A stretch of 63,110 nucleotides of DNA, counting the filler, from Cercozoa sp. M6MM (Eukaryota > Protista > Endomyxa: Ascetosporea), in NCBI GenBank assembly GCA_040357565.1. It is 9 parts of 9 records of this genome, joined end to end, with 100 filler letters (N's around TTAATTAATTAA, not from the genome) between each part and the next. Parts side by side here need not be neighbours in the genome. Positions count along the whole stretch, not along the records: positions 7,771 to 15,559 come from JBDODJ010000594.1; positions 15,660 to 21,953 come from JBDODJ010000758.1; positions 22,054 to 53,849 come from JBDODJ010000128.1; 6 more parts are not named here. One strand, 5' to 3'. Shown here piece after piece: positions 12,013-23,587 of the stretch. The notes beneath the pieces are model-generated. The model saw only the letters and a list, made by a program, of their open reading frames with translations, was not told where the DNA came from and did not search any database. Position 1 is the first letter of the stretch; the number at the start of each line of letters is the position of its first letter. A program made the position numbers and the translations under genes.

Positions 12013-13935
12013 TCAGTGGAAGACGGTGTGCGTCCGACAGAGCCGGATGGGTGGAAGCTCGCCGATCCGTCTCGCTTTGTCACCTTCTACGTCGCCGATG
12101 GTATTCAGCACTCTGCAGATCACTGCACGTGTTGATTTCCGTTGCCTTACGTAGATGATGACGTCGTGATGTGGGAGAAAGACAACCCCAAGGACCTCTT
12201 GTCTTGGGAGTTTGAACCGCAAAAGGCTGAAACACACATCAACTCTCTTGCCGGCACTGCTTGTAAATTACATCTGTCTTTTTCTGTCATTTCTGGATTT
12301 GGGAATGTCTAAACTTAAAGTGATATATTTCTATTTTATTTGTCGTTGGAGTGCAGCATATCTCAGCGAAGTCGAATCGTTGCGCGGAGTTCTGGCACGA
12401 GTGGCACCAACGATACGACTAGCGCGCTGTGTGAGCACAATGGCACTAAAACCATACGACGTACCCTGTCTCTGCGACTCATCCAAACCCGAGGAATGTA
12501 ACTGGTACGTTCTGACTTCCTGGCTAACCACTAACCAATACCGAGTAAAAGTTGCTTTACTGAGATCATGATGCTTGGAGCAGTTATCGATCCGTGACAG
12601 AGATGGCACAGCACCTGTTCAGTTCGAAACCGTGCAAAATCGTAAGACCAGTTTCACTCTGTTTGACGACTAAAGATTACTGAGTGTTGTGTTCTTCTTG
12701 TCAGGTTCGGCACAGCGGCATCCAGCAGTGTCACGTCTGCCTCTACCGCAAGGCTGGCAATCACCTTGCTCTCAACGTACGACACTGTGCCTTTGAAAGT
12801 GGGAAGACAACCGGAACTATCGATGCTGATCCTTATATGCTTGTTGACAGGCGCACCAGAAACTGCACAGCGCCTTGAAGTCACGGTCACGACTGTACGC
12901 AGCAATTGGCCTCAGCTCTGCACTGACTGGCGTGCTTCCACGCATTCATGGTACTAAACCTAAAGTGCATTGCCAAGCAAGTCTTTGTGTCGAAGGGGAG
13001 TTTTATTACGAGCGAAACTGTCGATAGGTGCGTCTCGCGCAGAGATCTCAAGTGAAAGTTGGACGCCTTCGCGACACTGGGCCGTGCATGTCAATGGAAC
13101 ACTGTTCCGTATGTACTTCCCGCCTTCAGGTACCATTGCGTTGAGCTTTTAGCTTTCGTATGTTTGCAAGCTTTTGTTTGTGTTAATTGCCTGACATATA
13201 TATATACTCCAATATCTAGTATATCAATTTAGTGCCGACAAAGAGCATTCGCAAGATGTGGCAAAAACTGTGCTTCTCGGACGAAGAGCGAGCGCGCTTC
13301 TTCGTAACTTACATTTGCTCCCGGAAATTTACTCTTGTTTGTGTAAGTTACCTCATATTGTAAACTTGCATATGAACCAACAGCAAGAAACTAGAGCAGT
13401 GAAACTTGACCCGCGTCGCGCTCGGCAACTATACGGTATCAACTGTTGTTCGACTTCTTTTGTGGAGGCTGCAATTCGACCGCCAATGTATGCTTATGAA
13501 TTTAGAAACCAAGAACGCGACTCCTCCGAAACGTCGCCGACGACAGCAGCGACAGGTCACGTTGGAAGACGAGTTGGACTACGGTACGTCCGCTTGCGGT
13601 GCTGTTGGAAATTTTGTGTGCAACACGGTTGATTGCTCCTGTGCGAACAGAGAGTCTCACCGTACAACAGCCGCGCATGCGCACACGTGCGCGAGCTCGT
13701 GCCTCTGCAGTACCTTAAGTTGCTGAAAGTTTGAAAAATAAGCTGGTATCGATGCTTGTGCGCAGTCACAGCTCGCGGTGACACAGCCCGGACAAGTGAC
13801 AGTGCCGATCGTGAGCAGTATCAACTCTCCTGACAGGAACAGTGAGAGCACTGTCCTATCGAGTGGTACTGCACCGAGTGCGGTATGTTGAGTGTGTTTG
13901 TGTGTGTGTGTATGTGTGTGTGTGTATGTGTGTGT

Positions 13936-14011
<76 letters not shown>

Positions 14012-14180
14012 ACTTCTACGAAGCTACGAGAGTGCTTGAATCTTGCGCTATAGATGCAGCCGCTGGACACGACTCCGCTGCCGTCACCAGGACTGAAGCT
14101 CGCTCCTCCGCCCACCTTCGACCCGCCTCCGATCCCAGCTGTACCTTTTCGATCCCAGCATGTCTGGGTCTCTTAGTCAT
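12013..14180 (-). CDS. Hypothetical multi-exon protein
   Basis: Series of minus-strand coding-like segments bounded by GT-AG and a microsatellite intron; exon structure not fully resolved. Confidence 0.35.
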
Positions 14181-14869
14181 ACCGCGCGCGTTACATTTTA
14201 ATTGTATACGCAGAAACGCAGTCCGCGCAGAAAGCAGAAGCGCCGCAATGCTTCTTTTAGCGTTTAGACGTGACGCAATGTACCTGCCACTGTCACTTAC
14301 GGTTAGTCGACCACGTCATCCAGGCCCTCATTGAAGATAGCTCCGTCCGATGGGATGACCGACCGTAAGTTTCTGTAGTTAAAATTAAAATGATGATGAT
14401 TTAACTTCCCTAAATTTAAGTTTACGAGGGGACCGGCGGGGCGTTTTTGAAAATCCGACCGTTAGGCGTTGTGGGCTTTCCTAATTCTCCGTCATCCGTG
14501 AAAGCATGGGAGTCCATATTATTTGCCCTTGGGTGTTTCACTTGATGATAGGGATTTCCCCATACAAGCGAAGGACTTTACCAACGCAACCGAACGCTGC
14601 TTCCACGGTTTGCTGAATTGAATGAATTCAATTGTTGTCGGCCAGGTGTGTGCCAGTGTCAGTGCTATGTCCTCTTAAAACACCCGGTTGAAACTAAACT
14701 CCGTCCAATTAAAATTCGATGGATCATCGCAGTTGAGCTTTCGGTCACATTGCGGGCTTTGCCGTTTGCCAATCGCTTTCGATTCACTTGTGTTGGGTTG
14801 TCCCAATGCTAGATAGCCGCAAAGTACCGTACTTTGCCTCCTTTTTGCCCCACTTTCGCAATCGTTTCA

Positions 14870-15508
14870 CTGCAGCATACAAACACAAAACGAAGGTAAT
14901 CTACAATAACAATGATACTGTATGACAAAGAAATACGATATTGTTTTACGTGTGGGTGGCTTAAGTTGAATATCAATGACATAGGGCTTTCGGTCGAACT
15001 CTGCGCCGGTATTCTCCGATACCGGCATCACAGGCAGACACACACCGACGTCTGCAAGGCCACGGAACAACGCATAGGCCCATGCACGGACCTTGAGATC
15101 ATGCATGTCAATGGGAGCACTGGTGTCAGTGCCAGTGCTTTGAGTGACGTGTTGCATCAGAGCTTGCACTGTCCCGGCATTGTCACCATCTGCGGCAGAG
15201 AAGAACTAATGCTCAACAAAAAGAAGCGCAGCAACTGCAGTGATTAAAACAAAGTGCACCAGTCAAACAAGCGATCGCCCCCTCGTTCATGGCACACACC
15301 TCTTCCAAAAACGAAGCACCTGCTACTGCAAACAATGCCTCTTGCACCTCGGCCAAACGCCACATCAACTGCAGATTCTCGTGCGACCCGAGTGCTGCAG
15401 CAGTGTGTTGCAGAATGGAGTCCTCGGAGTGCGAGCACCGCGAGGCAACGTCACTGGCGTTCAGCACAAGTCGTCGCTGGAAGTGCCAGTACGCCCTGCG
15501 CTTTTTCG

Positions 15509-15510
<2 letters not shown>
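14870..15510 (-). CDS. Hypothetical protein, internal or 3' exons only
   Basis: Exon after the (TG)n acceptor reads SKKRRAYWHFQRRLVLNASD...LMWRLAEVQEALFAVAG; further coding-like segments lie downstream. Confidence 0.4.
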
Positions 15511-15559
<49 letters not shown>

Positions 15560-15730
15560 NNNNNNNNNNNNNNNNNNNNNNNNNNNNNNNNNNNNNNNNN
15601 NNNTTAATTAATTAANNNNNNNNNNNNNNNNNNNNNNNNNNNNNNNNNNNNNNNNNNNNCATACATACATACATACATACGTACAGACAGACAGACTTGT
15701 CGGACTTACCCCCTTCCCCAATATTTGTAG

Positions 15731-18700
15731 GCTGCCGAGTGCACGCGAACTCATGCGACAGCAGGTACGTTTTGTCTACCCCCTTCCTGTGTATGCATGT
15801 ACGTCTATGCATGTATGTATGTACTTGTATGTATGTATGTATGTATGTATGTCTATGTATGTCTATGTATGCCTATGTATGCCTATATATGTCTATGTAT
15901 GTATGTATGTATGTATGTATGTATGTATGTATGTATGTATGTATGTATGTATGTATGTATGTATGTATGTATGTATGTATGTATGTATGTATGTATGTAT
16001 GTATGTATGTATGTATATGTATGTATGTATGTATGTATGTAAGTGTATGTATGTATGTGTATGTATGTGTATGTATGTATGTATGTATGTATGTATGTAT
16101 GTATNNNNNNNNNNNNNNNNNNNNNNNNNNNNNNNNNNNNNNNNNNNNNNNNNNNNNNNNNNNNNNNNNNNNNNNNNNNNNNNNNNNNNNNNNNNNNNNN
16201 NNNNTATGTATGTATGTATGTATGTATGTATGTATGTATGTATGTATGTATGTATGTATGTATGTATGTATGTATGTATGTATGTATGTATGTATGTATG
16301 TATGTATGTATGTATGTATGTATGTATGTATGTATGTATGTATATGTATGTGTATGTATATGTATGTGTACTTAACAGTATGTATATATGTTTGTGTAGT
16401 TACATACATGCATATGTTATATGTAGATATAAATGTATAAACATAGATAAAAATATGTTCGTATGCCTGTCTGTGTGTGTGTGTGTGTGTGTGTGCAGAT
16501 GGAGTTGAAGATGTCGCCACCTGCACTCGGCAACGCCGTGTCGACGGGCGTTCTGCTGCGCACGCCTATGCTGTCGCACCATGTGCCCTCGGCTCTACCC
16601 CAGCCTGCCCTACTCCTTTACCTCCTACGACTACCCTTACTCCCCCACAGAAGCGCGCGATGCGGCAGGCGCGGCAGCAGCAAAACTTGACGTCGGCCAA
16701 CCTGCCGCTGCTGTCGCTGAACGCTCCGCCGCCAGGCTTTGCCATGCACGTGTGCGGCCTCGTGTCGACCTGCACCGTCAAGCTGCTGTCGCAGGCCGGT
16801 CGGGAGGGTACCTTCTCCTGTCCAGACCGGTCTCTGTCCCTGTCCTGTCTGTGTCCATGTGTACTGTCCATGTGGACCTTTACATGTGGACCTGTTCACG
16901 TGTACCACCTTTGTCTGTGTGTGTAGACACGCACACCAGGCAGTCGTGGTGGCGCGAGGTGCGCAACGAGGTGCAGTCGCACGCGCGCGTGCTCGGGGCC
17001 ACGCACGTGCTCGGCTACTCGGAGCACCTGGCTGTGTGCGACGTAGGCTTTACCCCCTCTTTACCGCCCCTGTTTACTCCCCTGTTTACTCCCCTGTTTA
17101 CCTGTTTACCCCCTCTAAACCCCGAATCCGATAGGAGACGGGCGTGCTGTCAGGCCGCGGCACGGCGGTGCGACTGCGACGATGCGTGCGACGACAGCTG
17201 CAGCTTCTCTCCGTGCCATGTACTCCCTTACCTCCTATCCCGTACCCCCTTAGTTCCTTACCCTCCTTACCCCCCCAGACGAAGAGGACGCGATACCGTC
17301 GTTGTCGCTGCCATCGCCGGCGTTGCGGAGTCTCAGTGCGCAGTCGCCGCACGAGGAGAGCGACACGCACAAGTACCCCCTTGCTCCCCTTTACCCCCCT
17401 ACCGACTCATGTGGACGCAGCACGCCGTGTGCCAGTACGCATGTGCCTGTGGCCGAACATACGCGGCACCTGCGGTACCCCTCTGTACCCTCTTTACCCC
17501 CCTTTACCCCCTCCTGTAATGTGTGTAGCGAGCACCTGCCAGTGTGCCGCGCGTGTCGGCAGGAGCGCGTGCCCGAGCTGCTGCTGACGACGCTGGAGCC
17601 GCCGGCGGAACTGCCATCGCTGATACCGGCGCACGTGCTGACGGTGCGAGTCGTTAGGTGACCGATGTGACCCATGTGTGCCCCATGTGCCCCATGTGTG
17701 ACCCATGTGACTCATGTGATCACACCACGTGGCATGCGCAGGCGGCAGCGACGACATCGTAGCGGCGAGCAGGTCCCTCTCTATACTCCCCCCGGGTTAT
17801 GTGCCCCGGCCCTCCCCATACCGCCTTTCCCCTTTCCCCTCTTTAACCCCCCCCGCCTTTACCCCCTCAGTTGGCGCGTCACGTGGGCGACACGCTACCC
17901 TTTGTGGAACTCGAGTTGCAGCGCCGTTTGGTATGACCATGTGTCTCTTGACTGAGTGACCACGTGGGTGATTGAGTGACCATGTGATCACGTGATCACT
18001 GAGTGAGTGAGTGACCACGTGGCCACTGACCGAGTGAGCGTAGGCACTCAAGCTGCGACTGCTGGGCGCCAACGCCGCGTGCGCCATCCGATCGGTACCC
18101 AGTGAGTGACCATGTGTACACGTGAGTGACCACCTGTGTGACTAACGGTGTGAGTGACTTGTGAGTGACCACGTGTGCAGTCACTGGCGATCACACGAGG
18201 CGGCAAGCTGGTCGTGGCTTCTCTGAGGTAGCCTTCCCGTTTGCCCCCCTGCCCCTCGTATGTACCTTGTGTGTGGTGCAGTGGCACGGCGCTGCTGCTG
18301 CCGAATCTGCCGCTGCCGGCGCGTGTGCTGGTGCGACGCAGTCTGCCGCAGGCGCAGGTGCTTTGCCCCTACCTTACCCCTCTTTACTCCCTCTCTGCCC
18401 CTTTACTCCCCCCGCAGAGACCGTTGCAGCAGCGCGCGCTGTCTTTGGCGCAGCTCGTGGAACGGTACTTTCCCTCATCCCTTTACTCCCCCCTCCGAGG
18501 TGTCTTGTGCAGGCGCAGCAAGGCAGCGGTGTCCCGTGCCAAACGACTGCTGCAGCAACACCGACGGTATGTATGTATATATATATATATATATACGTAT
18601 ATATATATATATGTACAGACTATATATATATATATATGTACATATATAGATATATACACACATATATATATATGTATATATATGTAGATATATCCAGGTA

Positions 18701-19530
18701 TATAGGTATGTATGTATGTCTGGTAGTGAGTACGACCACGCATATGCGGCCAGCGACACGGAACCTGCGCACGCGACACTCCACGTCGACACCGACCTGA
18801 CCCGCCTGGAGACGGTACCTTGTGACCCTACCCTACCCTACGACCCTACCTTGAGACCCTACGACCCTACCTTGTGACCCTACGACCCCACCTTGTGACC
18901 TTACGACACCAGGGCAACACGGGCGACGACGACGAACGCTCCGTCGTTGTGCAAGTCGACGACGATGCCGATCTCGACGCCATACGCGTCTTGCTGGACC
19001 CTGTGGTATACCCCTACCCCCTGCCCGTACCCCCTACCCCCTACCCCACTCACAGGACTTGTCGTTGGAGACGGCCACGTCGTCGACGCTGCCGCTGCGA
19101 CCCTTCCCTGCGAATGACTCTGGAGACGCCATCCGCGCAGACGAGATGGCACTCGGTATGCTGCTGGCCGTGCGGCGCGTCGACCTCGAGAAGGCCACCG
19201 CAAGTGCACTCGAGCGCACGCTTTCGGCCGTGTTTCACGACATGCGTGCAGAGCTAGCCTTCCGCGGTACCCCACCCTCGTCCGCCTCCTGCCTATGTGC
19301 AGACCCTGTGTGGTGTGTGTGTGTGTGTGTATCGATATGTCTATATGTCTATCCATCTTTCCGTCCATCTGTCTATCTATCTATCTGTCTATCTATCTGT
19401 CTATCTATCTGTCTATCTATCTGTCTATCTATCTGTCTATCTATCTGTCTATCTATCTGTCTATATATCTATCTATCTATATCTATCTGTCTATCCATCT
19501 CTATCTATCTATCTGCCTATCCATCTCTCC

Positions 19531-19564
<34 letters not shown>

Positions 19565-19587
19565 ATCGATCTATCTATCTATCTATC

Positions 19588-19626
<39 letters not shown>

Positions 19627-19838
19627 GTCTGTCTGTCTGTCTATCTATCTGTTTATCTATCTATCTGTATATCTACCTCCACATGAGCACATGTATGTGT
19701 GGACAGTACGAGCGATTCCGCAGGGACACAAGGCACTGCTATGCGTCCGGTCGCAGGTCTGTTAGGTGTACATGTGTGCACATGGGTGTGTGTGTATTGT
19801 GTGTGGATGTGTGTGTGTGTGTGGATGTGTGTGTGTGG

Positions 19839-19926
<88 letters not shown>

Positions 19927-21357
19927 CTTCACGGCAGGTGTTTGCCACGCCGGAGGACGGCAGCGCGGCGGCGCAGCAGCTGCAGTGCCGATTGGAGGCG
20001 TCGCTGGCGGCCGTGTCGCCCTACTGCGGTTGCATCGACACCGACATCGGTGCAGTCGTCGGTCCGCCCGGACGGTACGACGGCACGGCCAGCGACGCCC
20101 AGTCTGTCAGTGACCATGACACTGGCGGTGACATCAGTGACGGTGACGCAAAGATCAGTGACGGTGACGCAGAGATCAGTGACGGTGACGCAGAGATCAG
20201 TGACGGTGACACTGAGATCATCAGCGACACCGACAGTGACAGCAGCGACAACGACGAGTGGATCTCGCCGCCGCTTCTGCCGCCCTTCGTGGTACTTGCC
20301 CTACCCCTCTCCAACCACGCTGCAGTACCTCCTCTGCCCTTGCCTCTGCCCTTGCCTGCCCCTGCTGCCTCCAGAGTGTGGACACGGCAGTAAAGCAGAC
20401 ACTCGAGTCGCTACTGCAGGCGTCCTCTCTGTACGTCTCACACTCGTTAGTGTACGGTTTCAGTATGCTTTCTGACTTGGCGCCACCCCAGGCAACACCG
20501 ACCGGCCGACTTCGTGCAGTTGTCGTCGCTGGACTGCGTGTCACCGCAGCAGCACTCGGACGCAGACGACAGCGAGCACTCCGAGGATCAGTCGGCCGAC
20601 GGTGTCGGTGTGACCAGTCGCTCGGTCACTGCGCGCAGCTTCGGTCCGCTGCACGTGTTCGAGGTGCTCGAGATGGACGTCGACGACAGCGGCGGCACCG
20701 TCGGCACCTTTGTGCAGCGCTTCTGTTCCATCGCACTCACGCAGCTGCGTGCACAGGTACACGGGGTCTTCACTCTCTCCCCAGCCTACCCTACCTTAAC
20801 TGACCCTGCCTTGCCCTATCTACCCTACCTACCCTACCCTACCCTACCCTACCTTACACATACACACACACATGCTCACACGGTGGCTTAGGCGGCGGCA
20901 CGCGGCGCCAATGCCGTGCTGTGCGTCCGCGTCGTGCTGTGCAATGTCAAGATCGATGACGACAAAGTGGTACATGTCTTTGAGGTCATCTATGAGGCCA
21001 TGTCACAATGGAGCCATGTCACTGGTGCCTGCACGTGCAGTACGGCGTCATTGGCATGACGGGCGACGCCGTGCGCATCGACGACGGTCGCTGCGTCGAC
21101 GGCAGCCGCGTGCTCGGTGTCTGTCGCGACACCAACGACGAGGACGTCAACGACGACGGCAGCGCTCGCACCGGCGGCCACTCGCGACACGAGCGATCGT
21201 TGCGTGCGCGCTTGCGACACGAGGTGAGTCTCTCTCTCTCTCTCTCTCTCTCACACGCGCGCGCGTGCGACTTCCCGTTCCCTTGTTTGGTCAGGCGGCT
21301 CACGATGCGGCCGCGCGTGTTTGGACGGCCTCAACCCGACGTAGTCATGGGCTGTGA
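15731..21357 (+). CDS. C2CD5: C2 domain-containing protein 5 homologue; the N-terminal C2 domain is off the contig; many exons
   Basis: [80 protein letters not shown]...[13 protein letters not shown] and IGMTGDAV match the ordered C2CD5 blocks. Confidence 0.8.
15800..16370 (+). repeat. (ATGT)n microsatellite, intronic, with a scaffold gap
   Basis: Direct inspection. Confidence 0.98.
18570..18705 (+). repeat. (AT)n microsatellite, intronic
   Basis: Direct inspection. Confidence 0.95.
19340..19675 (+). repeat. (ATCT/GTCT)n microsatellite, intronic
   Basis: Direct inspection. Confidence 0.97.
20133..20222 (+). repeat. Coding 21-bp tandem repeat (ISDGDAE) x4 within C2CD5
   Basis: ATCAGTGACGGTGACGCA(G/A)AG units. 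Confidence 0.9.
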
Positions 21358-21537
21358 TGCGGCGTGATAGACCCGATACCTTGCGTGGGTTGTCGTGCGG
21401 GCTGGCTCTGCACTCATAAACAGTTATGTACTTTAACTGGACTTACTAGCACTCGACTGTACGGGCACCGTACTTTTTTCGTCATAGCGTAGATCACTTA
21501 CTAGCGGAATTAAATTCACGTTAGTCAACGATCTCTC

Positions 21538-21634
21538 TGACCCACCCCAGATCGAGAGGAGACTGGGCTGGTGCAGGAGAACTACGTACGGTATGGAGAC
21601 CTAGTTGGTTTCTCGTATTTTCAGAGTCAACTAA
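21538..21634 (+). mobile_element. Divergent copy of the retrotransposon 3' tail, with expansions between conserved blocks
   Basis: Blocks TGACCCACCCCAGA, CTGGTGCAGGAGAACTAC, TAGTTGGTTTC and AGAGTCAACTAA occur in the same order as in 41091-41151. Confidence 0.8.
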
Positions 21635-21737
21635 GCGAAGTGAGCCGATCCGATCACACGGAGTGCAGCGAGGCGAGGGCGCGCGCGGCTGCCGCGCGCA
21701 CCGAGTCGTCGTCGTCGCCTGCACACGGCAGTTGTCG

Positions 21738-21828
<91 letters not shown>

Positions 21829-22053
21829 TAAAGTAATTCCGTGTACTATGTGAGGGACAACTGTACGTACCCGAAGCAAGCGAGCGAACCGTCGTTCCAA
21901 CTGTACCGACTGCGCACTTTGATCTACAAAGAGCGAGCACTGCGTGTCGGCGANNNNNNNNNNNNNNNNNNNNNNNNNNNNNNNNNNNNNNNNNNNNTTA
22001 ATTAATTAANNNNNNNNNNNNNNNNNNNNNNNNNNNNNNNNNNNNNNNNNNNN

Positions 22054-22102
<49 letters not shown>

Positions 22103-22120
22103 TTGTGGAAATGTGAACAG

Positions 22121-23034
22121 AACTTTGTCGCCAGTTACTCTAGCACAGCGGAGGCCCTCGAGGCGGCGCTGAACATCGACGTGCTTCAGAAGTGCGAAGA
22201 AGAGGACAAAAAGGACACCAAGGTCGCCCTTCAGCGGTTCCTCTTTTTGACGGTTACTTCGCTGAGACACTCACGTGAGCTTGTTGTACTTTTGCGCAGG
22301 GCCAAGACACCCAAAGCCGGAAAGAAAGGCGATAGCACGAAAACAGCGGACGTACTTTGCATTCGCACAATGCCAACAGTGCATGGTTAAGGTGTATGCT
22401 TCTGTTCTGTGTCAGAAAAAGGTATCAGACAGCGACGTATACGTTCCTCCCGAGGAGACGGAACCTTCGGAAACGGTAACGTCGTGCTTCGTCTGAATGG
22501 CTGGGTGTGTGTGTGTGTGTGTGGATTTGGAAGTGCGCCCATGTGTCCTGCACAGATCAGTGCGCCTTCAGAAGCGACGAAGCCAGACGCACAGCCTGAA
22601 AACGTCAGCGACAACAGTGTTGAAGCCGGCGAAAAAGGCGAGGTAGGTTTTGAAGAAGAGGAGGCGTCGCTGGTGCCCGAGGAAAGCGACGAGGAGTTCG
22701 AGCCAAGTGCGCACTACCTGCAGGTCTTGAATTCGCAGAAAAAGAACAAAAAAAGCAAGCGCAAGAAGCGACGAAAGGAAAAAATTCCCGGTAGGCACAC
22801 AAGCACTCCAGTCGTTGTGTGCTACTATACGAGTGTTTGCAGGAGAGAGCGGCTCCACGAAAAAGCGTCGCCGGAAAAAGTTCGCCGACGAGCGCGCCGC
22901 TGAGCACGATTTTGAGCGTGTGTTTTTTTTTTCGCCGATGACTGTTGTGTATATGTATGTCGATGCGCAGAATGGCGAGTGCGGACACTCATCATGTTCA
23001 GTGACTCCGATAATGACCAATGCCTCTTTGTTTA
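22121..23034 (+). CDS. Hypothetical protein, 3' exons; acidic and Lys/Arg-rich (NLS-like) C-terminus
   Basis: In-frame exons with GT-AG introns; KKNKKSKRKKRRKEK and KKRRRKK. Confidence 0.55.
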
Positions 23035-23587
23035 GCTGCGTGTTCACCCAACTGGCCTAGCAGCGCATGGTGGATCGTCGAATGCATGTCGGCCTAGCGT
23101 GGGTTTCAAACCAAACCTCAGTTTGTTACTCACAGATAAATATTAACGGTCGTGTCCGTTCCGTTCGGTCGATTGATGCTGACGGATGTGATGGATGGAT
23201 AGGTGACATGTCGATAGTACTACGCTATAAGTTATGAAAGTAGAGTAGCAATATGACTGAAGCGAAGTGAACGGACGGGACCTCACTGAAACGAAATGGC
23301 GTAAGTTTAAATCTGCTCTCTAGACCGTTCAGTTTCCTTGATTTGGCTTGATATCGATCCCAGCAGTCGGAGTGCTGGAACAGTCTAGAATCAGTTGACT
23401 GTTTTCATTGCATTGAATCTGAATGAACACGGCACGGTCTGAAGGGACCGAATGGCACGCCGGGTGCACGTCAAGCAATGGCCAAGAAAACAGGGCTAAA
23501 ACAGTAGCTGCTGACTGTAAGCCACTCAGCACCAGCTGGAAAGAAACACAAGCACCAACACCTGTGACTAAGAGAGGCTTAGGGCGG

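Noticed and set aside
13680-13705. HELAH (HExxH) metalloprotease motif
   Set aside because: The reading frame is uncertain and there is no supporting peptidase context.
17650-18910. CRISPR-like or iteron-like arrays
   Set aside because: Degenerate intronic minisatellites with no constant repeat and unique spacers, in a eukaryotic gene.
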